Positions 48,091-61,600 of a stretch of DNA of 64,000 nucleotides are shown here, one piece after another. Positions within the stretch are counted from its first letter, which is position 1, and the number at the start of each line of letters is the position of its first letter. Origin of the DNA: Somniosus microcephalus. Taxonomy: Eukaryota. The notes below the pieces were generated by a model, which made no database searches, was not told the DNA's origin, and saw nothing but the letters and a program-made list of their open reading frames with translations. Both the position numbers and the translations under genes were made by a program. The DNA is taken from the NCBI GenBank assembly GCA_052327205.1, contig JBMRGM010000038.1:40362001-40426000 (forward strand). Reading direction: 5' to 3'.

Positions 48091-48790
48091 AGGGGATTGG
48101 ATGAACAATATTTGCATTTTTTATGGTGCCCTTCTGCCATTGAAACATCTTAAAGCACTTTAGGCTGAATTACTTTTTAAACAGGCTGGGTAGACATTTC
48201 ACATCGGCAAACCGCAGCGACCCCCCCACCCCCCACCCCCAGCCAAAACCAGGGTGGAATGTAGACCAAAATCTTCTCTACGGATAGTGCCCATCGGATC
48301 TTAAACTGAGGCCTATTGGATGCTAAATGGCTCTTCCTAAAGAGCTATCTCTTGTCAATGCATCGCTCCTCTTAGGGGTCAACCGTGGCTCAATGGTCAC
48401 CACTCTCAGCTCTGAGTTCAGAGGGTTGTGGGTTCGTAGTCCTACTCCAAGAACCCGAGCAGCATAATCTAGGCTGACGCTCCCAGTGCCAGTACTGCCC
48501 TGTCGGAGGTGCCGTCTTTCGGGTGAGACGTTAAACCGGCCGCCCCGTCTGCCCTCTCAGGTGGACGTAAAAGATTTTCGAAGAAGAGCAGGAGAGTTTT
48601 CCTCTCAGCCAACACCTAAAGCAGATTATCAAGTGCAGGTTGTATCCTTTTGGTCTACTGTTCTGAACAAGGTGAAACAGTTTGTCATGGTTTACTCTAT
48701 CAGGTCCCTTTTAGAATCCCAAAAAACAGCAATCATAATCACCTCTCAGCCTTCTCTTTTTTTCCATTGAGAACACAGCCCAATTTACAT

Positions 48791-48823
<33 letters not shown>

Positions 48824-48889
48824 CTCAATCATTCTGGTTGCTCTCTCCTGCCTCCTTGCAACAGCTGCAATATCCTTTCTGTACTGTAG

Positions 48890-49520
48890 CAAAATACTGC
48901 AGATGTTGGAAATCCGAAATAACAACAGAAAATGCTGGAAAAACTCAGCAGGTCAGGGCAACATCCGTGGAGAGAAAATAGAGTCGACGTTTCAGGTCGA
49001 ATCCCTTTTTCAAAACTGGAAAGGAAATGAAATCGATCGAAGGCAGGGCTGGGACAGAACAAAAGAAGTGAAGAGACATTAAGAGGTATTCAAAACCAGA
49101 CGAGATGGTGATAGGACTAGTGGAGACAAAAGACGGCTCTAGATTAGGTGTGAAATGTTCTGGCAGAATGGGAGACAGCTGCCATGTGGGAGAGAGAAAA
49201 AAGGCGGTGGGGGGGGGAAGGCCAAAACCAAGATGTGGATAAAATATAAGCAAAAATGTAATGGGGGCCGAGGTTATGATCTGAAATTGCTGAACTCGAT
49301 ATTGAGTCCGGAAGGCTGTAAAGTGCCTAATCGGAAGATGAGGTGCTGCTCCTCGAGTTTACGTTGAGCTTCTGTGGAACAATGCAAGAGGCAGAGTACA
49401 GAGAGGTCTGTGTGGGAGTGGGGCGGTGAATTAAAGTGACATGGCAGCGAAACGTCGACTCTATTTTCTCTCCACGGATGTTGCCTGGCCTGCTGAGTTT
49501 TTCCAGCATTTTCTGTTATT
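48890..49520 (-). mobile_element. Penelope-like fragment with inverted terminal pLTR segment
   Basis: GIY-YIG C-terminus (LEEQHLIFRLGTLQPSGLNIEF); 48924-48992 is the inverted repeat of 49449-49517. Confidence 0.8.
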
Positions 49521-50048
49521 TCCTTTCTGTACTGTGGCGGCCAGAGCTGTACACCTAGATGTAAAATCCTGATGCGAGTCCGATTCAGCAAGCTTTTCAG
49601 TGTGTAAGGGTTGAACAGAATTTGCAGAGTGTTGATGCAAGCTGGTGCCCACAGAGTGGAGGTCACTGCTGAGCACGGTATAATGCGCTATTGGTAGGGA
49701 GAGTGTGACGACGACGACGACCGACACATGCTTGGGTTAATATATGCAGAGGCACTCTGGGAGCTATTAGTTGTCGTTTTTTGGCTGGCAGATTTAAAGG
49801 GATGATGCATGTCTCATTAACATTAACTCATTCGGTTGGCCATCAAGAAATAACTAATGAATAAGAAGCATTCTGCTTTCCAAAGAATAGGATAATAATA
49901 ACAGGCTAGAGGAGCAAAGGAATCTAAGGGTACACATTCACAAATTACTAAAAGTAGCAACGCAGGTTAATAAGGCCATTAAAAAAAAAGCACACCAATC
50001 ACTGGGGTTCATTTCTAGTGGGATAGAATTGAAAAGGAGAGAAGTTAT

Positions 50049-50738
50049 TATAATATTTGCATATTGAATTATCATTGGCCTGCAGGCATCTGTAAGGAAT
50101 ACCTATTATATTCACATGCTGAGTTGTCATTGGCCTGCAGGCATCTGTAAGGACTATTGTTTCGAAGACCCAGGCTAGGGGTCCTAATGCCAGGCTTTTG
50201 GCCTCAGGCGCTAGGCAGGGGGAGGGGCCGGAGAGAGGGACAGAGGGGGGAGGGAGGGGGGAGAGGAGGGGGGGGGGGTAGGGGAGGGAGGGATAGGAGA
50301 GGGAGAGGACATGACAAGGAGAGGGGGGACACACGGGCAGGGAGACCAAGCGCCCCAAAATTGCCCACTGACCGCGCATGCGCCGCCCGCCCGCCCACAG
50401 CGGCCGTCCATCAGCCGCGCCATACGCGGGGGACCTCAGCTCCGGACCTCAGGCGCTAGGCAGGGGGAGGGGCCGGAGAGAGGGACAGAGGGGAGTGGGG
50501 GTAGGGGAGGGAGGGAGACAGGGGAGGGGAGGGAGAGGAGGGGAGGGAGGGAGAGGACATGACAGGGAGAGGGGGGACACACGGGCAGGGAGACCAAGCG
50601 CCCCAAAATTGCCCTCGCGCCCCAAAATTGCCCTCGCAACGCGGGGCTCCCCAGCTAGTGCTTAATAAAAGAGTTAAACTGTAATGTTCTGTTGTCCTGC
50701 AATTTATTCTTTTTGTACAAAGTGTGCAAAACAAGACA
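50049..50738 (+). mobile_element. Probable solo LTR inside a CR1 copy (49860-50965), containing Helitron 3' sequence
   Basis: 5-bp TSD GTTAT (50044-50048 and 50739-50743); ends TATAAT (likely mutated TGTAAT)...AAGACA; AATAAA near 50664; CR1 frame rejoins. Confidence 0.65.
50202..50658 (+). mobile_element. Helitron 3' region with internal duplication
   Basis: Ends GCCCTCGCAACGCGGGGCTCCCCAGCTAG|T; the subterminal segment occurs twice (50202-50365 and 50447-50615). Confidence 0.85.
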
Positions 50739-50965
50739 GTTATGTTAAACTTGTGTCGAATCTCGGTTAGACTACACTGGAGTACTGTGAACAGTTCTGG
50801 TCTCCATAGTATAAAAAGGATATAGAGGCACTGGGGAAGGTGCAAAAAAGGTTCACAAGTATGATACCAGGAAGATTGAACAAGCTGGGGCTCTTTTTTC
50901 TCAAAGAGAAGGCTGAGGGGTGACCTGATAGAGGTCTTTAAAATTATGAAGGGGTTCGATAGGGT

Positions 50966-51750
50966 TGCCCGGATGAGTGCAGCTCCAACAACACTCGAGA
51001 AGCTCAACACCATCCAGGACAAAGCAGCCCGCTTGATTGGCACCCCATCCACCACCTTAAACATTCACTCCCTCCACCACCGGCGTACCGTGGCTGCAGT
51101 GTGTACCATCTACAAGTTGCACTGCAGCAACTCGCCAAGGCTTCTTCGGCAGCACCTCCCAAACCCACAACCTCTACCACCTAGAAGGACAAGGGCAGCA
51201 GACACATGGGAACACCACCACCTCCAAGTTCCCCTCCGAGTCACACATCATCCTGACTTAGAAGTATATCGCCGATCCTTCATCGTCGCAGGGTCCAAAT
51301 CCTGGAACTCCCTACCTAACAGTGCTGTGGGAGCACCTTCACCGTACGGACTGCAGCGGTTCAAGGGCAATTAGGGATGGGCAATAAATGCTGGCCTTGC
51401 CAGCGATGCCCACATCCCATAAAAATGAATTATAATAAAGATGTTTCCACTTGTGGGGAGACCAAAACCAGGGGCCATAAATATAAGATAGTCACTAATA
51501 AATCCAATCGGGAATTCAGAAGAAACTTCTTTACCCAGAGAGTGGTGAGTATATGGAACTCACTACCAAAAGGAGAAGTTGAGACAAATATAGATGCATT
51601 TAATGGGAAGCTAGATAAGCAGAAGAGGGAGAAAGGAATAGAAGGATATGTTGATAGACTGAGATGACGAGGGGTGGGAGGAGGCTCGTGTGGAGCATAA
51701 ACACTGGCAGAAACCAGTTGTACCAAATGGCCTGTTTCTGTGCTGTACAC
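50966..51750 (+). mobile_element. L2/Crack-like 3' end (50966-51425) followed by a CR1 3' end
   Basis: Matches 14585-15010; RRNFFTQRVVSIWNSLP in ORF 51377-51667. Confidence 0.75.
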
Positions 51751-52699
51751 TCGATTTAACTTGATGTAGTTCAATGAATTCTGGAAGTGGAATGCATTTT
51801 TACTTTCATTAGTGCCAATTAGCTTTGTGCTGAAGGCCCATGTTCACTAGGAACTAGATTGAGACTTGCAAACCCCATTTGCGTTATGTCCCACAGGTGA
51901 AAGGCAAGTGTCTAACTCACTTTCACCTCCGAGTCAGAACGTTGTGGGTTCAAGTCTCACGCCAGGACCGGAGCACAAAATCCAGGCCGACAGTCCACTG
52001 AAATACTCATCAGATGAGACGTTGGACCGAGGCCCCGTCTGCCTCTTCAGGCGGATGTAGCAAGAACATTCCCCCTGTCCTGGCCAACATTCATCTCTCA
52101 GCCAATCCCGTCAGAAAAAACAGGATAACTCCATCTCATTTGCTGCGTAATCACTGTTGTAATGTAGGAAAGGCGGCAGCTTCCACAAGACAGGGAGCAG
52201 TCCCCCTTGCTCTTCTTCGAAATAGTGGCCGTGGGATCTTTTATATCCACTTGAGAGGGCAGACGGGGCCTCAGTTTAACTGAAGGACAGCATTTCTGAC
52301 AGTGCAGCACTCCCTCAGCACTGCACTGGAGTGTCGGCCTAGATTTTTGTGCTCAAGTCCCTGGAGTGGGACTCAAACCACAACCTTCGGACTCAGAGGT
52401 GAGAGAGAGTGCGACCCACTGAGCCATGACATTTCTTTATTGTCGCTGGGTAAAAATAGCAGGACTCCCATCCCTGTGGAAGTTCCGACACCACATGGAC
52501 TGCAGTGGGTTCAAGGAGAAGGCACACCACCATCACCACCACCATCTCGAGGGCAACTGGGAGCAGGTCAATCAATGCCGGCCTCACCAGCGACACCCAC
52601 ATCCCGAGAATCCATTAAAAGAAAACTTTATGGAGCCACGAGCTCAATGGTCTTCCCGCTCTGTCCTCATGGTGGGAGGTTGTGGGAGGCAGAAGGTGG

Positions 52700-55600
52700 G
52701 CAGGGGTTACAAGGGGGCGGGCCTGGAGTACCAGGGGGCGGGGCTGGAGTATCAGGGGGTGGGGCTGGAGTACCAGGGGGTGGGGCTGGGGTTACCAGGG
52801 GGCGGGGCTGGGGTTACCAGGGGGCGGGGCTGGGGTTACCAGGGGGCGGGGCTGGGGTTACCAGGGGGCGGGGCTGGAGTACCAGGGGGTGGGGCTGGGG
52901 TTACCAGGGGGCGGGGCTGGGGTTACCAGGGGGCGGGGCTGGGGTTACCGGGGGTGGGGCTGAGGTTACCAGGGGGCGGGGCTGGGGAGGGTTACCAGGG
53001 AGCGGGGCTGAGGGTTACCAGTGGGCGGGGCTGGGGTTACCAGGGGGCGGGGCTGGGGAGGGTTACCAGGGGGCGGGGCGGGGCTGAGGGTTACCAGTGG
53101 GCGGGGCTGGGGTTACCACGGGGCGGGGCTGGGGTTACCAGGGGCGGGGCTGGGGTTACCAGGGGGCGGGGCTGAGGGTTACCAGGGGGCGGGGCTGAGG
53201 GTTTCCAGGGGGTGGGGCTGGGGTTACCAGGGGGGCGGGGCTGAGGGTTACCGGGGGCGGGGCTGGGGTTACCAGGGGCGGGGCTGGGGTTACCAGGGGG
53301 GCGGGGCTGGGGTTACAAGGGGGCGGGGCTGGGGTTACCAGGGGCCAGGGCTGAGGGTTACCAGGGGGCGGGGCTTGGGTTACCAGGGGGCGGGGCTGGG
53401 GTTACCAGCCGGCGGGGCTGAGGGTTACCAGGGGGCAGGGCTGGGGTTACCAGGGAGCGGGGTTGGAGTTACCAGGGAGCGGGGCTGGGGTTACGAGGGG
53501 GCGGGGCTGGGGTTACCAGGCGGCGGGGCTGGGGTTACCAGGGAGCGGAGCTGAGGGTTACCAGGGGGCGGGGCTGGGGTTACCAGGGGGCGGGGCTGGG
53601 GTTACCGGGGGCGGGGCTGGGGTTACCGGGGGCGGGGCTGGGGTTACCAGGGGGCGGGGCTGGGGAGGGTTACCAGGGGGCGGGGCTGGGTAGGGTTACC
53701 AGGGAGCGGGGCTGAGGGTTACCAGTGGGCAGGGCTGGGGTTACCAGGGGGCGGGGCTGGGGAGGGTTACCAGGGGGCGGGGCTGGGTAGGGTTACCAGG
53801 GAGCGGGGCTGAGGGTTACCAGTGGGCGGTGCTGGGGTTACTGGGGGCGGGGCTGAGGTTACCAGGGGTGGGGCTGGGGTTACCAGGGGGCGGGGCTGAG
53901 GGTTTCCAGGGGGTGGGGCTGGGGTTTCCAGGGGGGCGGGGCTGATGGTTACCGGGGGCGGGGCTGGGGTTACCGGGGCGGGGCTGGGGTTACCAGGGGG
54001 GCGGGGCTGGGGTTACCAGGGGGCGGGGCTGGGGTTACCAGGCGGCGGGGCTGAGGGTTACCAGGGGGCAGGGCTGGTGTTACCAGGGAGCGGGGCTGGG
54101 GTTACCAGGGGGCGGGGCTGGGGTTACCAGGGGGCGGGGCTGGGGTTACCGGGGGTGGGGCTGAGGTTACCAGGGGGCGGGGCTGGGGAGGGTTACCAGG
54201 GAGCGGGGCTGAGGGTTACCAGTGGGCGGGGCTGGGGTTACCAGGGGGCGGGGCTGGGGAGGGTTACCAGGGGGCGGGGCGGGGCTGAGGGTTACCAGTG
54301 GGCGGGGCTGGGGTTACCACGGGGCGGGGCTGGGGTTACCAGGGGCGGGGCTGGGGTTACCAGGGGGCGGGGCTGAGGGTTACCAGGGGGCGGGGCTGAG
54401 GGTTTCCAGGGGGTGGGGCTGGGGTTACCAGGGGGGCGGGGCTGAGGGTTACCGGGGGCGGGGCTGGGGTTACCAGGGGCGGGGCTGGGGTTACCAGGGG
54501 GGCGGGGCTGGGGTTACAAGGGGGCGGGGCTGGGGTTACCAGGGGCCAGGGCTGAGGGTTACCAGGGGGCGGGGCTTGGGTTACCAGGGGGCGGGGCTGG
54601 GGTTACCAGCCGGCGGGGCTGAGGGTTACCAGGGGGCAGGGCTGGGGTTACCAGGGAGCGGGGTTGGAGTTACCAGGGAGCGGGGCTGGGGTTACGAGGG
54701 GGCGGGGCTGGGGTTACCAGGCGGCGGGGCTGGGGTTACCAGGGAGCGGAGCTGAGGGTTACCAGGGGGCGGGGCTGGGGTTACCAGGGGGCGGGGCTGG
54801 GGTTACCGGGGGCGGGGCTGGGGTTACCAGGGGGCGGGGCTGGGGTTACCAGGGGGCGGGGCTGGGGTTACCGGGGGCGGGGCTGGGGTTACCGGGGGCG
54901 GGGCTGGGGTTACCAGGGGGCGGGGCTGAGGGTTTCCAGGGGGTGGGGCTGGGGTTTCCAGGGGGGCGGGGCTGATGGTTACCGGGGGCGGGGCTGGGGT
55001 TACCGGGGCGGGGCTGGGGTTACCAGGGGGGCGGGGCTGGGGTTACCAGGGGGCGGGGCTGGGGTTACCAGGCGGCGGGGCTGAGGGTTACCAGGGGGCA
55101 GGGCTGGTGTTACCAGGGAGCGGGGCTGGGGTTACCAGGGGGCGGGGCTGGGGTTACCAGGGGGCGGGGCTGGGGTTACCAGGGGGCAGGGCTGGGGTTA
55201 CCAGGCGGCGGGGTTGGAGTTACCAGGGAGCGGGGCTGGGGTTACCAGGGGGCGGGGCTGGGGTTACCAGGGGGCGGGGCTGGGGTTACCAGGCGGCGGG
55301 GCTGAGGGTCACCAGGGGGCGGGGCTGGGGTTACCAGGCGGCGGGGCTGAGGGTTACCAGGGGGCGGGGCTGGGGTTACCAGGGAGCGGACCTGAGGGTT
55401 ACCAGGGGGCGGGGCTGGGGTTACCAGGGGGCGGGGCTGGGGTTACCAGGGTGCGGGGCTGGGGTTACCAGGGGGCGGGGCTGGGGTTACCAGGGGGCGG
55501 GGTTGGGTTACAAGGGGGCGGGGTTACCGGGGGCGGGGCTGAGGTTACCGGGGGCGGGGCTGGGGTGACCAGGTGGCGGGGCTGGGGTTATCAGGGGGCA

Positions 55601-58600
55601 GGGCTGTAGGTTACCAGGGAGCGGGGCTGGGGTTACCAGGGGGCGGGGCTGAGGGTTTCCAGGGGGTGGGGCTGGGGTTACCAGGGGGCGGGGCGGGGCT
55701 GGGGTTACCAGGGGGCTGGGGTTGCCAGGGTGCGGGGCTGGGGTTACCAGGGGGCAGGGCTGGGGTTACCGGGGGCGGGGCTGGGGTTACCAGGGTGCGG
55801 GGCTGGGGTTACCAGGGAGCGGGGCTGGGGTTACCAGGGGGCAGGGCTGGGATTACCAGAGGGTGGGGCTGGGGTTACCGGGGGCGGGGCTGGGGTTACC
55901 AGGGGGCGGGGCTGGGGTTACCAGGGAGCGGGGCTGGGGTTACCAGGGGGCGGGGCTGAGGGTTACCAGGGGGCGGGGCTGAGGGTTACCAGGGGGCAGG
56001 GCTGGGGGTTACCAGGTGGCGGGGCTGGGGTTACCAGGGGGCAGGGCTGGGGTTACCAGGGGGCGGGGCTGGGGTTACCAGGGGGCGGGGCTGAGGGTTT
56101 CCAGGGGGTGGGGCTGGGGTTACCAGGGGGGCAGGGCTGATGGTTACCGGGGCGGGGCTGGGGTTACCAGGGGGGCGGGGCTGGGGTTACCAGGCGGCGG
56201 GGCTGAGGGTTACCAGGGGGCAGGGCTGGGGTTACCAGGGGGCGGGGCTGGGGTTACCAGGGGGCGGGGCTGGGGTTACCAGGGGGCGGGGCTGGGGTTA
56301 CCAGGGGGCGGGGCTGGGGTTACCAGGGGGCGGGGCTGGGGTTACCAGGGAGCGGGGCTGGGGTTACCAGGGGGGCGGGGCTGGGGTTACCAGGCGGCGG
56401 GGCTGAGGGTCACCAGGGGGCAGGGCTGGGGTTACCAGGCGGCGGGGCTGAGGGTTACCAGGGGGCGGGGCTGGGGTTACCAGGGAGCGGACCTGAGGGT
56501 TACCAGGGGGCGGGGCTGGGGTTACCAGGGGGCGGGGCTGGGGTTACCAGGGTGCGGGGCTGGGGTTACCAGGGTGCGGGGCTGGGGTTACCAGGGAGCG
56601 GGGCTGGGGTTACCAGGGGGCGGGGCTGGGGTTACAAGGGGGCGGGGCTGGGGTTACCGGGGGCGGGGCTGGGGTGACCAGGTGGCGGGGCTGGGGTTAT
56701 CAGGGGGCAGGGCTGTCGGTTACCAGGGGGCGGGGCTGGGGTTACCAGGGAGCGGGGCTGGGTTTACCAGGGGGCGGGGCTGAGGGTTTCCAGGGGGTGG
56801 GGCTGGGGTTACCAGGGGGCGGGGCGGGGCTGGGGTTACCAGGGGGCTGGGGTTGCCAGGGTGCGGGGCTGGGGTTACCAGGGGGCAGGGCTGGGGTTAC
56901 CGCGGCGGGGCTGGGGTTACCAGGGTGCGGGGCTGGGGTTACCAGGGAGCGGGGCTGGGGTTACCAGGGGGCAGGGCTGGGGTTACCAGGGAGCGGGGCT
57001 GGGGTTACCAGGGGGCGGGGCTGGGGTTACCAGGGGGCGGGCTGGGGTTACCAGGGGGCAGGGCTGGGGTTACCAGGGAGCGGGGCTGGGGTTACCAGGG
57101 GGCGGGGCTGAGGGTTACCAGGGGGCAGGGCTGGGGGTTACCAGGTGGCGGGGCTGGGGTTACCAGGGGGCAGGGCTGGGGTTACCAGGGGGCAGGGCTG
57201 GGGTTACCAGGGGGCGGGGCTGAGGGTTACCGGGGGGCGGGGCTGGGGTTTACCAGAGGACGGGGCTGGGGTTACCAGGGGGCAGGGCTGGTGTTACCAG
57301 GGGGGCAGGGCTGAGGGTTACCAGGGGCGGGGCTTGGGTTACCAGGGGGCGGGGCTGGGGTTACCAGGCGGCGGGGTTGAGGGTTACCAGGGGGCAGGGC
57401 TGGGGTTACCAGGGAGCGGGGTTGGAGTTACCAGGGAGCGGGGCTGGGGTTACCAGGGGGCGGGGCTGGGGTTACCAGGGGGCGGGGCTGTGGTTACCAG
57501 GGGGCGGGGCTGGGGTTACCAGGGAGCGGAGCTGAGGGTTACCAGGGGGCGGGGCTGGGGTTACCGGGGGTGGGGCTGGGGTTACCAGGGGGCGGGGCTG
57601 GCGTTACCAGGGGGCGGGGCTGGGGAGGGTTACCAGGGGGCGGGGCTGGGTAGGGTTACCAGGGAGCGGGGCTGAGGGTTACCAGGGGGCGGGGCTGGGG
57701 TTACCAGGGAGCGGGGCTGGGGTTACCAGGGGGCGGGGCTGGGGTTACCAGGGGGCGGGGCTGGGGTTACCAGGCGGCGGGGCTGAGGGTCACCAGGGGG
57801 CGGGGCTGGGGTTACCAGGCGGCGGGGCTGAGGGTTACCAGGGGGCGGGGCTGGGGTTACCAGGGAGCGGACCTGAGGGTTACCAGGGGGCGGGGCTGGG
57901 GTTACCAGGGGGCGGGGCTGGGGTTACCAGGGTGCGGGGCTGGGGTTACCAGGGGGCGGGGCTGGGGTTACCAGGGGGCGGGGCTGGGGTTACAAGGGGG
58001 CGGGGTTACCGGGGGCGGGGCTGAGGTTACCGGGGGCGGGGCTGGGGTGACCAGGTGGCGGGGCTGGGGTTATCAGGGGGCAGGGCTGTAGGTTACCAGG
58101 GAGCGGGGCTGGGGTTACCAGGGGGCGGGGCTGAGGGTTTCCAGGGGGTGGGGCTGGGGTTACCAGGGGGCGGGGCGGGGCTGGGGTTACCAGGGGGCTG
58201 GGGTTGCCAGGGTGCGGGGCTGGGGTTACCAGGGGGCAGGGCTGGGGTTACCGGGGGCGGGGCTGGGGTTACCAGGGTGCGGGGCTGGGGTTACCAGGGA
58301 GCGGGGCTGGGGTTACCAGGGGGCAGGGCTGGGGTTACCAGGGAGTGGGGCTGGGGTTACCGGGGGCGGGGCTGGGGTTACCAGGGGGCGGGGCTGGGGT
58401 TACCAGGGAGCGGGGCTGGGGTTACCAGGGGGCGGGGCTGAGGGTTACCAGGGGGCGGGGCTGAGGGTTACCAGGGGGCAGGGCTGGGGGTTACCAGGTG
58501 GCGGGGCTGGGGTTACCAGGGGGCAGGGCTGGGGTTACCAGGGGGCAGGGCTGGGGTTACCAGGGGGCGGGGCTGAGGGTTTCCAGGGGGTGGGGCTGGG

Positions 58601-61600
58601 GTTACCAGGGGGGCGGGGCTGATGGTTACCGGGGCGGGGCTGGGGTTACCAGGGGGGCGGGGCTGGGGTTACCAGGCGGCGGGGCTGAGGGTTACCAGGG
58701 GGCAGGGCTGGGGTTACCAGGGGGCGGGGCTGGGGTTACCAGGGGGCGGGGCTGGGGTTACCAGGGGGCGGGGCTGGGGTTACCAGGGGGCGGGGCTGGG
58801 GTTACCAGGGGGCGGGGCTGGGGTTACCAGGGAGCGGGGCTGGGGTTACCAGGGGGGCGGGGCTGGGGTTACCAGGCGGCGGGGCTGAGGGTCACCAGGG
58901 GGCAGGGCTGGGGTTACCAGGCGGCGGGGCTGAGGGTTACCAGGGGGCGGGGCTGGGGTTACCAGGGAGCGGACCTGAGGGTTACCAGGGGGGCGGGGCT
59001 GGGGTTACCAGGGGGCGGGGCTGGGGTTACCAGGGTGCGGGGCTGGGGTTACCAGGGTGCGGGGCTGGGGTTACCAGGGAGCGGGGCTGGGGTTACCAGG
59101 GGGCGGGGCTGGGGTTACAAGGGGGCGGGGCTGGGGTTACCGGGGGCGGGGCTGGGGTGACCAGGTGGCGGGGCTGGGGTTATCAGGGGGCAGGGCTGTC
59201 GGTTACCAGGGGGCGGGGCTGGGGTTACCAGGGAGCGGGGCTGGGTTTACCAGGGGGCGGGGCTGAGGGTTTCCAGGGGGTGGGGCTGGGGTTACCAGGG
59301 GGCGGGGCGGGGCTGGGGTTACCAGGGGGCTGGGGTTGCCAGGGTGCGGGGCTGGGGTTACCAGGGGGCAGGGCTGGGGTTACCGCGGCGGGGCTGGGGT
59401 TACCAGGGGGCGGGGCTGCGGTTACCAGGGTGCGGGGCTGGGGTTACCAGGGAGCGGGGCTGGGGTTACCAGGGGGCAGGGCTGGGGTTACCAGGGAGCG
59501 GGGCTGGGGTTACCAGGGGGCGGGGCTGGGGTTACCAGGGGGGCGGGGCTGGGGTTACCAGGGGGCGGGGCTGGGGTTACCAGGGGGCAGGGCTGATGTT
59601 ACCAGGGGGCGGGGCTGGGGTTACCAGGGAGCGGGGCTGGGGTTACCAGGGGGCGGGGCTGGGGTTACCAGGGGGGCGGGGCTGGGGTTACCAGGCGGCG
59701 GGGCTGAGGGCTGANNNNNNNNNNNNNNNNNNNNNNNNNNNNNNNNNNNNNNNNNNNNNNNNNNNNNNNNNNNNNNNNNNNNNNNNNNNNNNNNNNNNNN
59801 NNNNNNNNNNNNNNNNNNNNNNNNNNNNNNNNNNNNNNNNNNNNNNNNNNNNNNNNNNNNNNNNNNNNNNNNNNNNNNNNNNNNNNNNNNNNNNNNNNNN
59901 NNNNNNNNNNNNNNNNNNNNNNNNNNNNNNNNNNNNNNNNNNNNNNNNNNNNNNNNNNNNNNNNNNNNNNNNNNNNNNNNNNNNNNNNNNNNNNNNNNNN
60001 NNNNNNNNNNNNNNNNNNNNNNNNNNNNNNNNNNNNNNNNNNNNNNNNNNNNNNNNNNNNNNNNNNNNNNNNNNNNNNNNNNNNNNNNNNNNNNNNNNNN
60101 NNNNNNNNNNNNNNNNNNNNNNNNNNNNNNNNNNNNNNNNNNNNNNNNNNNNNNNNNNNNNNNNNNNNNNNNNNNNNNNNNNNNNNNNNNNNNNNNNNNN
60201 NNNNNNNNNNNNNNGGGCTGGGGTTACCGGGGGTGGGGCTGGGGAGGGTTACCAGGGGGCGGGGCTGGGGTTACCAGGGGGCGGGGCTGGGGAGGGTTAC
60301 CAGGGGGCGGGGCTGGGTAGGGTTACCAGGGAGCGGGGCTGAGGGTTACCAGGGGGCGGGGCTGGGGTTACCAGGGTGCGGGGCTGGGGTTACCAGGGAG
60401 CGGGGCTGGGGTTACCAGGGGGCGTGTCTAGGGTTACCGGGGGCGGGGCTGAGGTTACCGGGGGCGGGGCTGGGGTGACCAGGTGGCGGGGCTGGGGTTA
60501 TCAGGGGGCAGGGCTGTAGGTTACCAGGGGGCGGGGCTGGGGTTACCAGGGGGCGGGGCTGGGGTTACCAGGGGGCAGGGCTGGGGTTACCAGGGGGCGG
60601 GGCCGGGGTTACCAGGGAGCGGGGCTGGGGTTACCAGGGGGCGGGGCTGAGGGTTTCCAGGGAGCGGGGCTGGGGTTACCAGGGGGCGGGGCTGGGGTTA
60701 CAAGGGGGCGGGGCTGGGGTTACCGGGGGCGGGGCTGAGGTTACCGGGGGCGGGGCTGGGGTGACCAGGTGGCGGGGCTGGGGTTATCAGGGGGCAGGGC
60801 TGTAGGTTACCAGGGGGCGGGGCTGGGGTTACCAGGGAGCGGGGCTGGGGTTACCAGGGGGCGGGGCTGGGGTTGCCAGGGTGCGGGGCTGGGGTTACCA
60901 GGGGGCAGGGCTGGGGTTACCGGGGGCGGGGCTGGGGTTACCAGGTGGCGGGGCTGGGGTTACCAGGGTGCGAGGCTGGGGTTACCAGGGAGCGGGGCTG
61001 GGGTTACCAGGGGGCAGGGCTGGGGTTACCAGGGAGCGGGGCTGGGGTTACCAGGGGGCGGGGCTGGGGTTACCAGGGGGCAGGGCTGGGGTTACAAGGG
61101 AGCGGGGCTGGGGGTTACCAGGGGGCAGGGCTGGGGGTTACCAGGTGGCGGGGCTGGGGTTACCAGGGGGCAGGGCTGGGGTTACCAGGGGGCGGGGCCG
61201 GGGTTACCAGGGAGCGGGGCTGGGGTTACCAGGGGGCGGGGCTGAGGGTTTCCAGGGGGTGGGGCTGGGGTTACCAGGGGGCGGGGCTGGGTAGGGTTAC
61301 CAGGGAGCGGACCTGAGGGTTACCAGGGGGCGGGGCTGAGGGTTTCCAGCGGGTGGGGCTGGGTTTACCAGGGGGCGGGGCTGAGGGTTTCCAGGGAGCG
61401 GGGCTGGGGTTACCAGGGAGCGGACCTGAGGGTTACCAGGGGGCGGGGCTGGGGTTACAAGGGGGCGGGGCTGGGGAGGGTTACCAGGGGGCGGGGCTGG
61501 GTAGGGTTACCAGGGAGCGGGGCTGAGGGTTACCAGGGGGCGGGGCTGGGGTTACCAGGCGGCGGGGCTGAGGGTTACCAGGGGGCAGGGCTGGGGTTAC

